Positions 39,541 through 51,967 of a stretch of 64,000 bases of DNA are shown here, in pieces. The DNA is taken from positions 12,276,001 through 12,340,000 of the forward strand of contig OZ024752.1 in assembly GCA_964016885.1 (NCBI GenBank), read 5' to 3'. This DNA is from Eledone cirrhosa (Eukaryota). Made by a program: the position numbers and the translations under genes. The notes under the pieces were generated by a model. The model worked only from the letters and a program-made list of their open reading frames with translations. It was not told where the DNA came from and did not search any database. How positions within the stretch are numbered: the stretch's first letter is position 1; each line of letters starts with the position of its first letter.

Positions 39541-41082
39541 TAATCTAACGTCGTTTGTGTGGTTTTATGCCGTTTGTTTTGTTTCTTGATTTAGTTTTTG
39601 CTTTTTTGTTGGAAGCAAGTACTTTCATAAAAAGTTTTGTTGCTGCTGATTGTGAAGTTGAACTCAGTGCTACTTTGGAAACTGATCGCTTAAGAACAAA
39701 TGATAACAACTGGCTCCATATATTCATACACATTAGGAGAAACAGGGTAATGTTCCGTTATGTTCAATGTTAGTTAGTTATATTGAGGCCTAATCTAAAG
39801 TCAATTATTTATTTACACAAAGGTGTTGTTTATTATTCATATATGATTAAAATGGCCTGAATTTAGTTGCAATTAATTCCAAACATAAACCATCTGTTCA
39901 TCATAAAAGTAATAATTAGAATATTTCATGAAAGAAAAAAAAAATCAATTCCCCAAAAATACAAAAGTATTTACATTAATTTCAACCATGATAATATCCC
40001 ATGTGTGTTTGTGTAGTTGTGTATATATCTGTCTGTAAATTTGTCATTTACACACACAAAGATACATGCACTTACACACATATATCTATATATACACAGG
40101 CATTTTCTATCTGCCATGTTACTACAATAAGAATTTTGCTTTCCAAACACAAGGTCCTGGGTTCTAACCCTACCTTTGTCTCTGAAAATAGTTATTTCTT
40201 CAAAGTTACTCATCATAATATAATAAAGGAAGGAGTGCGGGACTGTGTCCTGAATATATTTTTTTATCCCGTTAGTAAAATAAGTTGGATTAATTTGAAT
40301 AAATAATTGTTTCTACTTTTGGCACAAGGCCAACAATTATCCCAGTGTATTACTGGTGCTTTATTTTATCGACCCCGTAAGGATGAAAGGCAAAATTAAC
40401 CTCAGCGGGATTTGAACTCAGTCTGTAAAGGACCATAACTCTATGCTGCAAAGCATGGTGTCTGATCCTCTACCAATACTGCTAATCCATCCCCCCTTTG
40501 AATAAATAATGAATGAATATTACATAATTTATCTACTAAATTTCGTAGCTGTTGATTAAGCATAAATATTTTTATATATAATGATTGCTTATTTTAAGAT
40601 TCACTTCTTTTAAAATATTCAAATATCAATACTTCCAGTTATAATATAACGGACGCTATATTATATTGCTTATATAAACGTTTATATATTTGCATCATAA
40701 CGTTTATATTTCTGTTGCTAATTTTCTGCTTTTTCATTTTCATTACATTTCACCGTAATGCAGTTTATATATAATATCGTATTTTTTAATATGTATCATG
40801 GATTACTTTACTGATTACAGAAGACAGTGTAACACAGTCTCTCTTCAGTTTCTGTGTATATTGTCAATTATGATTTTATTTGATGTATCATATCTACATG
40901 CATATATACTTGCGTATAATATCAATATGCACACTACACATACTAGCAGAAGACTGCCCGAAGGTGGTTTTTCTGCTAGTATATGTAATGCAGTATGTCA
41001 TTTGGATGTATATGCTGCACATTCATGTAATTGCATTCGTGAGTGTATAATTATATTATTATTATAATTATATAATTATATA

Positions 41083-41275
41083 AGGGCGGTGGATTGGCAG
41101 TATCGGTAGAGGGTCGGACGCCATGCTTTCCAGCATAGTTATGTCCCTTTGCGGTCTGAGTTCAAATCCCGCCGAGGTTAACTTTGCCTTTCATCCTTAC
41201 GGGGTCGATAAAATAAAGTACCAGTAATACACTGGGATAATTGCTGGCCTTGTGCCAAAAGTAGAAACAATTATT
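41083..41275 (+). mobile_element. tRNA-head SINE family A (representative; at least 13 copies, e.g. 2985, 5210, 7775, 11015, 18760, 26030, 30787, 31770, 32570, 38400, 40300, 44930)
   Basis: A box tggcagtatcgg, B box gagttcaaatccc, conserved body ctttgcctttcatccttacggggtcgataaaataaagtaccag, (att)n tail. Confidence 0.88.
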
Positions 41276-41770
41276 ATAATTATATTATCGTTATGATGTT
41301 AGTAATATTCAATTTGTTTGCAAGCATAACACCATGTTCTAGATGACTGACGTCACTCACTCATGCATTTACATATCCGCTGTGTTAGAGTGAAAACAAA
41401 TTTTATTTATGTAATTATGTTCTAGAAATATATTATCAAAATATTATATTTAATATCTTTAATCACTTCCACAGGTCAGTAATCAACAGAAACTATAGGG
41501 AGTTTCTTATGCAGACTCTTAATTTATTAAAACAAATTTCCCGTATGTATGATTGTTCATATATCAGACAATCCTGGTATATATAGCATACTAGTCATCA
41601 TCATCAGCATCATCATCATTTTTACACTTGCATGGGTTGGATGGGTCCCTTTGTGCACAGCATATCTCCAGACATCGCAATCCTTTATATGTTCAATGAT
41701 GTTCTTGTCATTATTGATGGCACTTGTCCACTTGCCAATATTGTTGTTAGCAGTATATATATTGTTAGCA

Positions 41771-41876
<106 letters not shown>

Positions 41877-42281
41877 ACACTGTAATGTGGCCGTGGAGGT
41901 AACATGGTAAACACTTCCCAGTCCACACTGTAAATGTGGTTGGTGTTACGAAGGGCATCCAACCGTAGAAAACCTGCCAGATACAGTCCTATATGAATGA
42001 GACTCGGTCACCCAACCAATCTTGCCTCAAGTGGGACAATTCCTGTCTAACCCATGCTAGCATGGAAGATAGATGTTAAACGATGATGATATATAGAGAG
42101 AGAGAGATATATTTTAACTTTAATTATATCTCATAAAATAATACAACTGGCTTTTCCACATAATACATATTGTTAGCACCCCAAACACTTAAATTGGGTT
42201 TATATTAAAATATAACCTAATGTTTGTTGAGTGAGATGGTTACCAGTCAGAGATTAGCTTTAAACTATCTCTGTTATTGTA

Positions 42282-42352
<71 letters not shown>

Positions 42353-42708
42353 TTTATACAGTATTTACGTATCGAGAAAGAGAAAAAAAAAGGGGGGGAG
42401 GATAGGTGATACATATAGTTATTTTCCAAGTAGCGTATGCCAAAGGTGCTCGATACTAGTATTTAGTGGGCTAGAGAGTTAGCACAGCGTAAGCACGTGG
42501 GAAAGTAAGAAATCGGAGAATAGACCGTTAAAACATGTTTATTTAAAAACAGCACCTACGTACGTTTCGCCCAGTTGGACTTTGAGAAGCCCAACTGGGC
42601 GAAACGTACGTAGGTGCTGTTTTAAATAAACATGTTTTAACGGTCTGTTCTCCGATTTCTTACTTTCCCACGTATATATTTAGATATATATATATATATA
42701 TATATATA

Positions 42709-42776
42709 TTTATCTGATGAACGGCCTGGATGTTTCTGTAAGAATCGTCTAGTTTCTTGAAACCTTTGGTAATGGA
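42709..42776 (+). ncRNA. Hammerhead motif with extended stem II, 5' side abutting (TA)n
   Basis: tttat-CTGATGA-(ctggatg..ttct gta agaa..cgtctag)-GAAA-cctttgg-TA-atgga. Confidence 0.62.
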
Positions 42777-43552
42777 AGGATTATATTGTGTTGTTCATAA
42801 TGTAATCATCATTTCATTTTACCTCTGCTTTTTCCCTGCTTGCAAGAGTGGGACGGGAACTGATTCTGGCTTGATCTCTACAGCTGGATGCCCCTCCTAA
42901 CACCAACCTCATTTACAGTGAGTGCTGGGTGCTCTTTTTGCCGTGGTGCCTCCACGACCACTTTGCAGTGGAATAATAGGGACCTCAGTCGCTATCATCT
43001 CATTTCTACAGTTGAGTAAACTGGAGCAATGTGAAATAAAGTGTCTTGCTCAAGGAAACAACACATCACCCGGTCTGAGAATTGAACTCACAACCTTTCG
43101 ATTGTAATATATATATATATATATATAAAATTATAAGTTTGAAGAACAGTCAGACAAAATATATCCAAATCTTTTCCTCCTTAGTCCGTAGAAATCAACT
43201 AGATAGATAATCATTTAAACGGAGCTAAGTTTAAAATGTAACTTTGAAGAAATAATAGATAAATGTCACAGACTTTCCTCTGTGAGGATCAGTCAGATAA
43301 AATTTACCTAGTCTTTCTTCTTAGTCCATAGAAATTAACTAGACAAATAATCAATTAAATGGTGCTAAGTCTAAAATATATTTATATATATATACATATT
43401 GTTATACTTTGGGAGGGTCATGTTGCCAATAAGAAACACATGCACCAGTTGCTTTCACTTCAATTTATTATAAATTAAATTTTATAAATTTAGGAATTTA
43501 TAAATTTCCAGTTGGTTGGTTAGTTCCACAACCAGACGATTGTGCAAATATT

Positions 43553-43595
43553 GTCAAAGTTCTTTCGTCACACATTCTGTGACCTCTTCAGTGAC
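43553..43595 (-). ncRNA. Hammerhead motif in left arm of the 43.4-44.1 kb inverted repeat
   Basis: gtca-CTGAAGA-ggtcacagaatgtgtgac-GAAA-gaac-TT-tgac on the minus strand. Confidence 0.72.
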
Positions 43596-43877
43596 TGAGG
43601 ATTCTTTTCTTTGTTTTTGTGCCTCTTCTTTGTTCTGTCCTACGCCATCTTGTTTTTGTGTGTGTTATGTGCTTAGTTTGCACATGTGTTACATCCGGGT
43701 GTCATAGAACAAACAACCAACCAGTAACATGTAAATAAACAAATAAATAAACAAATATAAACACACACAGACACCCGGATGTAACACATGCGCAAACTAA
43801 GCACACAACACACACAAAAACAAGATGGTGTAGGACAGAACAAAGGGGAGGCACAAAAACAAAGAAAAGAATCCTCA

Positions 43878-43920
43878 GTCACTGAAGAGGTCACAGAATG
43901 TGTGACGAAAGAACTTTGAC
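43878..43920 (+). ncRNA. Hammerhead motif in right arm of the 43.4-44.1 kb inverted repeat
   Basis: gtca-CTGAAGA-ggtcacagaatgtgtgac-GAAA-gaac-TT-tgac. Confidence 0.72.
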
Positions 43921-44261
43921 AATATTTGAACAATCGTCTGGTTGTGGAACTAACCAACCAACTGGAAATTTATAAATTCCTAAATTTATAAATTTAATTT
44001 ATAATAAATTGAAGTGAAAGCAACTGGTGCGTGTGTTTCTTATTGGCAACATGACCCTCCCAAAGTATAACAATATCGGTTTCAACACACGTTTTCAGAT
44101 AAAGAATCTTACTAAACAAATTCAGAAACGAAATATATATATACACTTTAATTGCAAAGTTCTAATATATACCTTTATCAATTCAGTGACAGTTATAGTA
44201 CAATTACAGATGATTATATTTCCAAAGCAGCTATTGTGTGTATGAATAAACATTATTAGTT

Positions 44262-44970
44262 GGTAGATTGGCAGTATCGGTATAGGGTTGGACACCACGC
44301 TAGGGTGGTGGATTGGCAGTATCAGTAGAGGGTCGGACACCACGCTAGGATGGTGGATTGGCAGTATCGGTAGAGGGTCGGACGCCACGCTTGGGTGGTG
44401 GATTGGCAGTATCAGTAGAGGGTCGGACACCACGCTAGGGTGGTGGATTGGCAGTATCGGTAGAGGGTCGGACACCACGCTAGGGTGGTGGATTGGCAGT
44501 ATCAGTAGAGGGTCGGACGCCATGCTAGGGTGGTGGATTGGCAGTATCGGTAGAGGGTCGGGCACCACGCTAGGGTGGTGGATTGGCAGTATCAGTAGAG
44601 GGTCGGACACCACGCTAGGGTGGTGGATTGGCAGTATCGGTAGAGGGTCGGACACCACGCTAGGGTGGTGGATTGGGAGTATCGGTAGAGGGTCGGACGC
44701 CACGCTTGGGTGGTGGATTGGCAGTATCGGTAGAGGGTCGAACACCACGCCAGGGTGGTGGATTGGCAGTATCAGTAGAGGGTCGGACACCACGCTAGGG
44801 TGGTGGATTGGCAGTATCGGTAGAGGGTCGGACACCACGCTAGGGTGGTGGATTGGCAGTATCAGTAGAGGGTCGGACGCCATGCTAGGGTGGTGGATTG
44901 GCAGTATCGGTAGAGGGTCGGACACCACGCTAGGGCGGTGGATTGGGAGTATCGGTAGAGGGTCAGACGG
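44262..44970 (+). repeat. 45-bp tandem array of a SINE 5' head, continuing into the SINE body to ~45152
   Basis: Unit gggtggtggattggcagtatcggtagagggtcggacaccacgcta matches the start of the SINE at 41083. Confidence 0.9.
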
Positions 44971-45222
44971 CATGCTTTGCAGCACAGAGTTACGTCCCTT
45001 TACGGTCTGAGTTCAAATCCTGCTGAGGTTAACTTTGCCTTTCATCCTAACAGTGTCGATAAAATAAAGTACCAGTCACGCACTAGGGTCGATTCAATCG
45101 ACTTTCCCCTCCTCCCAAATTGCTGGTCTTGTGCCTATACAAGAAACCATTATTAGTTGAGTAGATTTATAACATGTTCATAAGTGGTTGTCGTAAGTGT
45201 AAAATTATAAAGAAAAACTTAC

Positions 45223-45291
45223 TGAAAGAATGATGTATGCATCTCCTGTATAAAAGCTGCTAGTGCTTTCTTGTCTCACCACTTTCATTTT
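45223..45291 (-). CDS. Gelsolin-family exon 2 (KMKVVRQESTSSFYTGDAYIILS)
   Basis: ttctag acceptor, gtaagt donor, 69 nt, FYxGDAY motif. Confidence 0.92.
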
Positions 45292-46827
45292 CTAGAATAA
45301 CAGAAAGAATTCAAAGAGTTATAAAATCCAAAGCTTAAAATAATATGTAGTATTTAGTACTACTATACTTTAATGTAGGCAGCGAATTGACAGAGTTGTT
45401 AGAACATTGGATAAAATACTTTGCACTGTGCGTTCCCACTATTTTCTCACTCAGTTCAAATCCTGCCGAGGTCAACTGCAGGTTATGTCACCTTGAACTA
45501 TTTTACATCTTAAAATCCAAAAATAAATTATTAAATGACAGAATCAAACGATCATTATACTGCAACCACAAACTGAAGGCTAAATTCTCTCACTATAAAA
45601 TAACTTAACATTCGAACCCGTAACTATAACATTGCTTTCTAGCTAACTACTTTCTCTCAATAACAACTTCTTAACTATATCCACCACACTACAAGACAAT
45701 ACCCTGCTTATCACTATAAATGGATACTTAGTGCAATTTGTAGCCTACAACTATGAACTCAATGTACACCCATCCCATAGCTTTCGTCTGTCCCCTCTCT
45801 ATCTCTCCCTCTCTCTCCATTCCCCTCTCTCTCTCTCTCTCTCCCTCGGTCCACCTCCCTCCCTCTCCACATCTATGAACCTGCCCTCTGTGGCAATAAA
45901 TAATTCCAACCTTAACTATCAACGCATCGCATCGCTTAAGGTTGTCGCTTTAAGAGTAACCAGTATAATAAAACCCCTAATACAACATTTTGATTAAGAT
46001 ATCTGCATTCTACAAACCACTCTCTCCCATTTCTCCAACCCCTGCATATATATCTCTCTCTCTCTCCCTCTCCCCTTCTTTCTCTCTTCCTTTTCTACTC
46101 TATCTTCCCCAATAACCTCACTTAAGGGTATTTACATTTTACATTTTAGCCATTCTGCTCTGATGATACAGTGGTCACAGCATTTGATAATTGAGTTTTG
46201 CAAATAGTTATAAATTTGCATATAGCATAACTAGGCTGTAGTACCACCGTGAAAACATTTGTAAGCACACAGAATATATTACCTTTTTATGATGTCTACC
46301 TGTTATTATTCATTCTTTATATATATATATATGTAATACATTATAAAGAAAGAAGAAACATTAGACATAAATAAATAAATAAATATCTATTATTTCTTCA
46401 CATTCTCACAAATAATGGATATTTATTTATTTATGTCTAATGTTTTTCTTTCTTTATAATGTATTATCTAACTCTGATATAGACTCAATTTAATTTGTTC
46501 CAATTATTTTGTTCCTCTCAAACATAGAGCAACAACGGTTACGGTTGACATCACACAATCTCACATACTTGTGAAAGATATATGTGTATATATGCATGTA
46601 TATGTATGTATTCACATGTATCTGTGTATTTCTCATTATTATATATATACAGGTACACAGCTATTTAAATACCAGGATAAATTTTCATTTAGTCCAGAAT
46701 TAGCCGTCGAAACGGCTTGAGCTCAGCCGTCGGGGTCTTACTGGTTCCTATTACCCACTCTACTACCTTAAGTATTGAGTACTTTGGTGCGTTATGGTCC
46801 ACCTGGTTCCTTACCACATTTCCTTCG

Positions 46828-46889
<62 letters not shown>

Positions 46890-46893
<4 letters not shown>

Positions 46894-49800
46894 TCATCAT
46901 CATCATCGTTTTACGTCCATTCTTCCACGCTAGCATGGGTTAGACGGGTTGTCCTGTTGTGGGCAGTGTCCAGTCGGCTGACCTTGTCTTGCTCATATGG
47001 GAACTGATTCTGGCTTGATTTCTACAGCTGGATGCCTTTCCTAACACCAACCTCATTTACAGTGAGTGCTGGGTGCTTTTATTTCGTAGCGCCTACACGT
47101 CCACTTTACAGTGTGGGCTGGGTGCGTTTCTGCCATGGCACCTCCACGACCACTTTGCAGTGGGAGGGTGTGGGGGCATATTGTCTATATGCTTCAGCTT
47201 CGGCTTGTACCCATGGGGGATCGGGTCTTCTGTATTACGCCAGAGGTCACAGTCGTGTGTCATCATCGCCTTTGAGAGGTGTAATTGGGTAAGGTCGGCT
47301 TTTATCACCTCATCCCAGGTCTTGGGTCTCCCCACTCCGCGGTTTCCATTGACTTCTAGTGCTCTGCACCTTTTTATGCAGCTGTCATCCTTCATACGCA
47401 TCACATGTCCATACCAACCTCTTCTCCTGCACACAGCATTTGATTCCTCTTATGCTCAGTCTCTCTCTCAATTCATTTATGCTTTGCCGTTCACGTATAT
47501 TACTATTACACATCCATTGGAGCATGCAAGCTTCGTTTCTTTTTAATCTATGCAAGTCTTCCACAGTCAGCGCCCAGGTCTCACTACCATGTAACATTGC
47601 TGTTCGTATACACGCATCATACAGTCTGCCTTTCATTTTGAGGGAAAAGCCATTTGCAGCTAGCAGTGGTAGTAGCTCCCTGAACTTCTTCCATCCCGTT
47701 CTTACCCTAGTTATTGTATTTTCCGAACACCCACCTCCGCTGCTAATTCAGTCACCTAGGTAGCAGAAGCTGTCTACTGTTTCTACAGGGCCCTCCCAGA
47801 GATTGGTGGTACTTGTTTCCTGTGCCTGTTTGCTGCTTGCTGTTCCAGCACAGCTGCTGCATGTGAAGCCTACATTCTTAGTTAAGCTTCCTGAGATCCC
47901 GCTACATCTCTTGTGTACCCATTGTTTGCATCTGGGGCAGAGAATAGAGTTCCTACCTACACATTTCCTACATACTGAGCAAGGCCATTTCCCTGAGGGG
48001 ATCTGGGTTCTGTTTTCTCGTCTACTTACAAAGACCTTTGTCAGGTTTACTTTGGACCCTTTCTTTCTAGTCCCTGCTTCCAAGTTTGGAATTTTTTCTC
48101 TAGTTCTACCATAGATTCAGCTATAATTGCAAGGTCATCTGCATACATGAGTTCCCATGGGCATCTGGTCTTAAACTCCTCCGTTATTGCCTGCAGGACT
48201 ATGATGAACAGGAGAGGGCTAAGAAGAGAGCCCTGGTGAACACCGACCTGTACGCTAAATTCCTCGCTATACTCATTGCTAATCCTAACTTTGCTGACTG
48301 CTCCCCTATAAATGGCTTGTACAGCTTTCACAAGCCATTCATCTACTCCTAGTTTTCTAAGAGCCCACCAGATTATAGCCCTAGAAACTCTGTCGAAGGC
48401 TTTCTCGAGATCGACGAATGGTAGGTAGAGTGGCTTACTTTTAGCTAGGTACTTTTCCTGTAACTGCCTCACAAGGAAGAGGGCATCAGTGGTGCCTCTT
48501 CCTGGCACAAACCCAAATTGCATCTTATCTAGTTTCACCCAGTCCCTAATCAACTGTGCTATAACTCTTTCCGTTACTTTCATGACCTGGTCCATCAGCT
48601 TTATACCTCTATAGTTTCCTCTATCTAGTGCATCACCTTTACCTTTGTAGCAGTTGACAATGATGCTACTGCACCAATCCTTTGGTATGATACCTTCTAG
48701 TATTACCTGGTTAACAATATGTGTGGTTATAGTGTGACCTACCAACCCAGATGCCTTCAGCATCTCGGCAGCTATACCCGATGGACCGGTTGCCTTCCCC
48801 GTCTTCATATCTTTGATTGCCTTACTTACTACACTGCTGCTGACTTGTACTGCCGGCCCCTCTATAGGGTCTACATGGGGTAGGGTCTCTTCTTTCCATA
48901 CATTCTCCTCATTTAGTAATCTATCATAATGGCTCTTCCACGCATCTTTCTTCTCAGCACTTGTGAGGGCAAGCTCACCTTTATCATTCTGGATACACGT
49001 CTCTTCAATGACATCACAATTCTTTCTGACACACTTCCTCGCAATCTTGAACACCTCCTGTTTCTGGTCCTCACGTTTCAAAACATGCTTGAATTTTCTA
49101 TCCTCTGCTTGCCTCCTAGCTAAGTATACTTGTCGCCTAGCTTCCCTCTTGGTCTCTATGTAATGTACCCTGCTTCCCCATTCCTCCATTCTTTCCATGC
49201 CTGTCTCTTGGCCTTAACTGCCTCATCTACCTTATTGTTCCACCACCAAGTCACTCTCCTCCTGCCTGTGGTCTTACTTCAGCCACAGATCTCATCCGTC
49301 ACCTCTAGTAAGTTATTTTTTAGGAACTCCCAGTGCTCTTCTACATTGAATGTCTGTATCTGTTCTTCTTTACTGTTGTAGGCGTTGAGTAAAATATCTT
49401 TAAATCTGTTACTGGCTTCCAGATCTTTCTTCCCCAGGCTGGCTTCTGTTTCCAGGTTCGTCTAGTTCTGACCGTGAGGTCGCTGACAACTAAACTATGT
49501 TGGGGGGTTCATTACTCACTAGGGAAGGCTTTTGTGTTTACGACCGTCCATCTGTCACATCCTCTGATGAGGATAAAATATATCTGACTAGAATGCTCCC
49601 CTGATCTATAGGTGATTAGGTGGTTGTCGGGTTTTTTGAAGTTTGGTGTGCATAAGCTGATATTATTGTGGTAATTGTTTTATTCAGGACTAGTCTGAGT
49701 TTAATTATTCTTGCATTCACCCTGTTCACCAAGATTACTTTATCTACCCACTTGTCGCTAGTAGTATACCTACACCACCCATCCCATCGTCATTTCCAAT

Positions 49801-50040
49801 CCAGAAAAATTTGTAGCACTGACTTTTTCCTACAAGGACTCTAGCAGACTCTCCTCTCCATCTAGTCTCTTGCACACAGCATACATCAATTTCCTTTCGC
49901 TCTAGCATCTCTACGATTTCTCCTGCTCTTCCTTTCATTAAGCTTACATTGATGGTACCAACTCAGAGTTTTGGGCATTTGTCAACATCCGTGGGGAAGG
50001 GTCGATTTTTGCAGGGGTGTGCGTGTGCTTCCTGTCTCTG
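46890..50040 (-). mobile_element. Near full-length decayed RTE-clade LINE (APE endonuclease + RT + PHD-type finger + 3' UTR + (TGA)n tail)
   Basis: VGTINV..CVQETRW (APE) at ~49750-49970; NYRGIKL, QFGF, DLEKAFD, GVHQGS, YADD at 48047-49198; FCYLGD; WYGHVMR..GRPKTW; several frameshifts and deletions. Confidence 0.93.
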
Positions 50041-51072
50041 AATTGAAGCTTCACATGGGTGCTTGGTAGCTCGCAGATTCATATTCATTTTCATTTATTA
50101 ATTCAGGGCTGCTCCATTTATTCTCAGCTCATCCATACATAACGGTAGAATTCAGGGCTAGAAGAACAGTGGTGGTGGTAATAATGGCAGGGTGTGTTGG
50201 GGCTGGGACGGGTGAGGAGAGAGGTAGGTAGTAGTAGAAATGGCAGGGTTTGTTGGAGTTGGTAATGGGTGGGGGGTGACATGCTGAGGTTTGATTGGTT
50301 GAATAGGCTATGGTGGTGTGAGGGAAATTGTGAGATAGGTAGCCATCATGGCCTATAGCATCTCATGGCAAAATAAACCGATAGGAGTACCTATATTAGA
50401 CAAGGTGAAATGTTAATGTTAGGATTTCGAAGGGAGTAGATGACTTCGTAGAGACAGCGAAATGATAAATACAACAATAATAATATAAGAGAGAGGAAGG
50501 GAGTAGATAACTTCGTAGAGAGACAGCATGGGAAAAGATATATATATATATATATATATATATCATCATCATCATCATCATCATCAGGTTTAGCGTCCGT
50601 GTTCCACGCTTGCATGGGTTTGGACGGGGGTTTTCCCACTTGAGGCAAGAGTGGTTGTCTTGCTCGCATAGGACTGTCTGGCGGGTTTTCTACAGCTGGA
50701 TGCCCTTCCTAACACCAACCACATTTACAGTGTGGGGCTGGGAGGTTTTTACCGTGTTGCCTACACGGCCACATTACAGCGTGGACTGTCTGGCGGGTTT
50801 TCTACAGCTGGATGCCCTTCCTAACACCAACCATATATATATATATAACTAAGCACTCTTGCTATATTAACACATTTTGATCTGCTTATCTTCAAGAACT
50901 ATGCCTGTAAATAACATTATTTTTTCTTTCACATTGACTTATTATGCTCCACATTACGCCCCTTTTTTTCTTTTTTCTTTTCACTTCATAAACCTTGTTT
51001 GTATATAACATTATTCTTTCTGCCCCATTTCTTTAACATGTCCAACACCACCATTCTACACCAATACATATT

Positions 51073-51120
51073 ATTATCATTTGATAATGCATAAAAATGC
51101 TGAAACCGGTAATAGACAAT
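51073..51120 (+). ncRNA. Hammerhead motif with U3:A8 core variant
   Basis: TTGATAA-tgcat aaaa atgct-GAAA-ccgg-TA-atagacaat; palindromic stem III ACCGGT; imperfect stem I. Confidence 0.55.
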
Positions 51121-51352
51121 TATTAAATATATAAATAAATAAATAAATGCCATTGTTAATTAATAAATAAATCAACTAATACCTTAACACTTCACACAAA
51201 GTAAAATATTTCGTTTTAATCATTTTCCAACCCAGAAAAAATAAAAAAGGAAAGAAATATTTGTTTCTTCCTAATAATCGTCTTTTTCTCCCTGTTTTCA
51301 TATATATATATATATATCCTAACTTGTGTGCTTCCTCTCCACATTTTATTAT

Positions 51353-51414
<62 letters not shown>

Positions 51415-51967
51415 AATAGATGTATATAAAGTCCTTATTGAGCTCTCTTTGGATTTTGGACTTTGTATTTATTATTACTATATATATATATATATCATCA
51501 TCATCATCATCATCATTTTATGTCCGCTTTTCCCTGCTTGCAAGGGTGGGACGGGAACTGAAATGTATTGACGATTGTCCCCCTTGCTTCTACCGGGCAC
51601 TGCCTGGTGGTGTTAGCTGCAAGTGTGTTATTCATAGCTATGGCTTTCTAAATGTTTATTTATAAACATACCATATTTCCTTAGAAATACGGAATTCAAA
51701 GATATATTTGTATACAGCTATGTTTGAAGCTAAATTTTAATCCTATATATATATATATATATATAAATGTGTGTATCCCAGGTTCAATCGGGGGTAACCA
51801 CAGTAAGTAAAGTACTCAATACATAGCAGAGTATAAATATTTAATATAGAAATGGCTTCTACAGAACTAGAACTGTTTCATTCAAAGGAAATCATCAGGA
51901 AATCCCTGATGATTTTCTTCGAATGAAACGGTTCTGGTCCTGTAGAAGTCATATATAGAGAGAGAGA

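Larger units (their letters stand above)
43396..44135. mobile_element. ~680-bp inverted repeat plus ~60-bp unpaired tail, probable Penelope-like pseudo-LTR inversion
   Basis: atattgttatactttgggagggtcatg ... catgaccctcccaaagtataacaatat; one hammerhead per arm; related copies at ~8335-8893, ~9270-9500 and ~33378-33545. Confidence 0.7.

Noticed and set aside
39545-39773. Short ORFs as a candidate for the missing gelsolin exon
   Set aside because: No gelsolin motif; the needed exon was found at 28765-28836 with correct phase
44122-45010. 240 and 287-aa repeat ORFs
   Set aside because: Translation of amplified SINE heads
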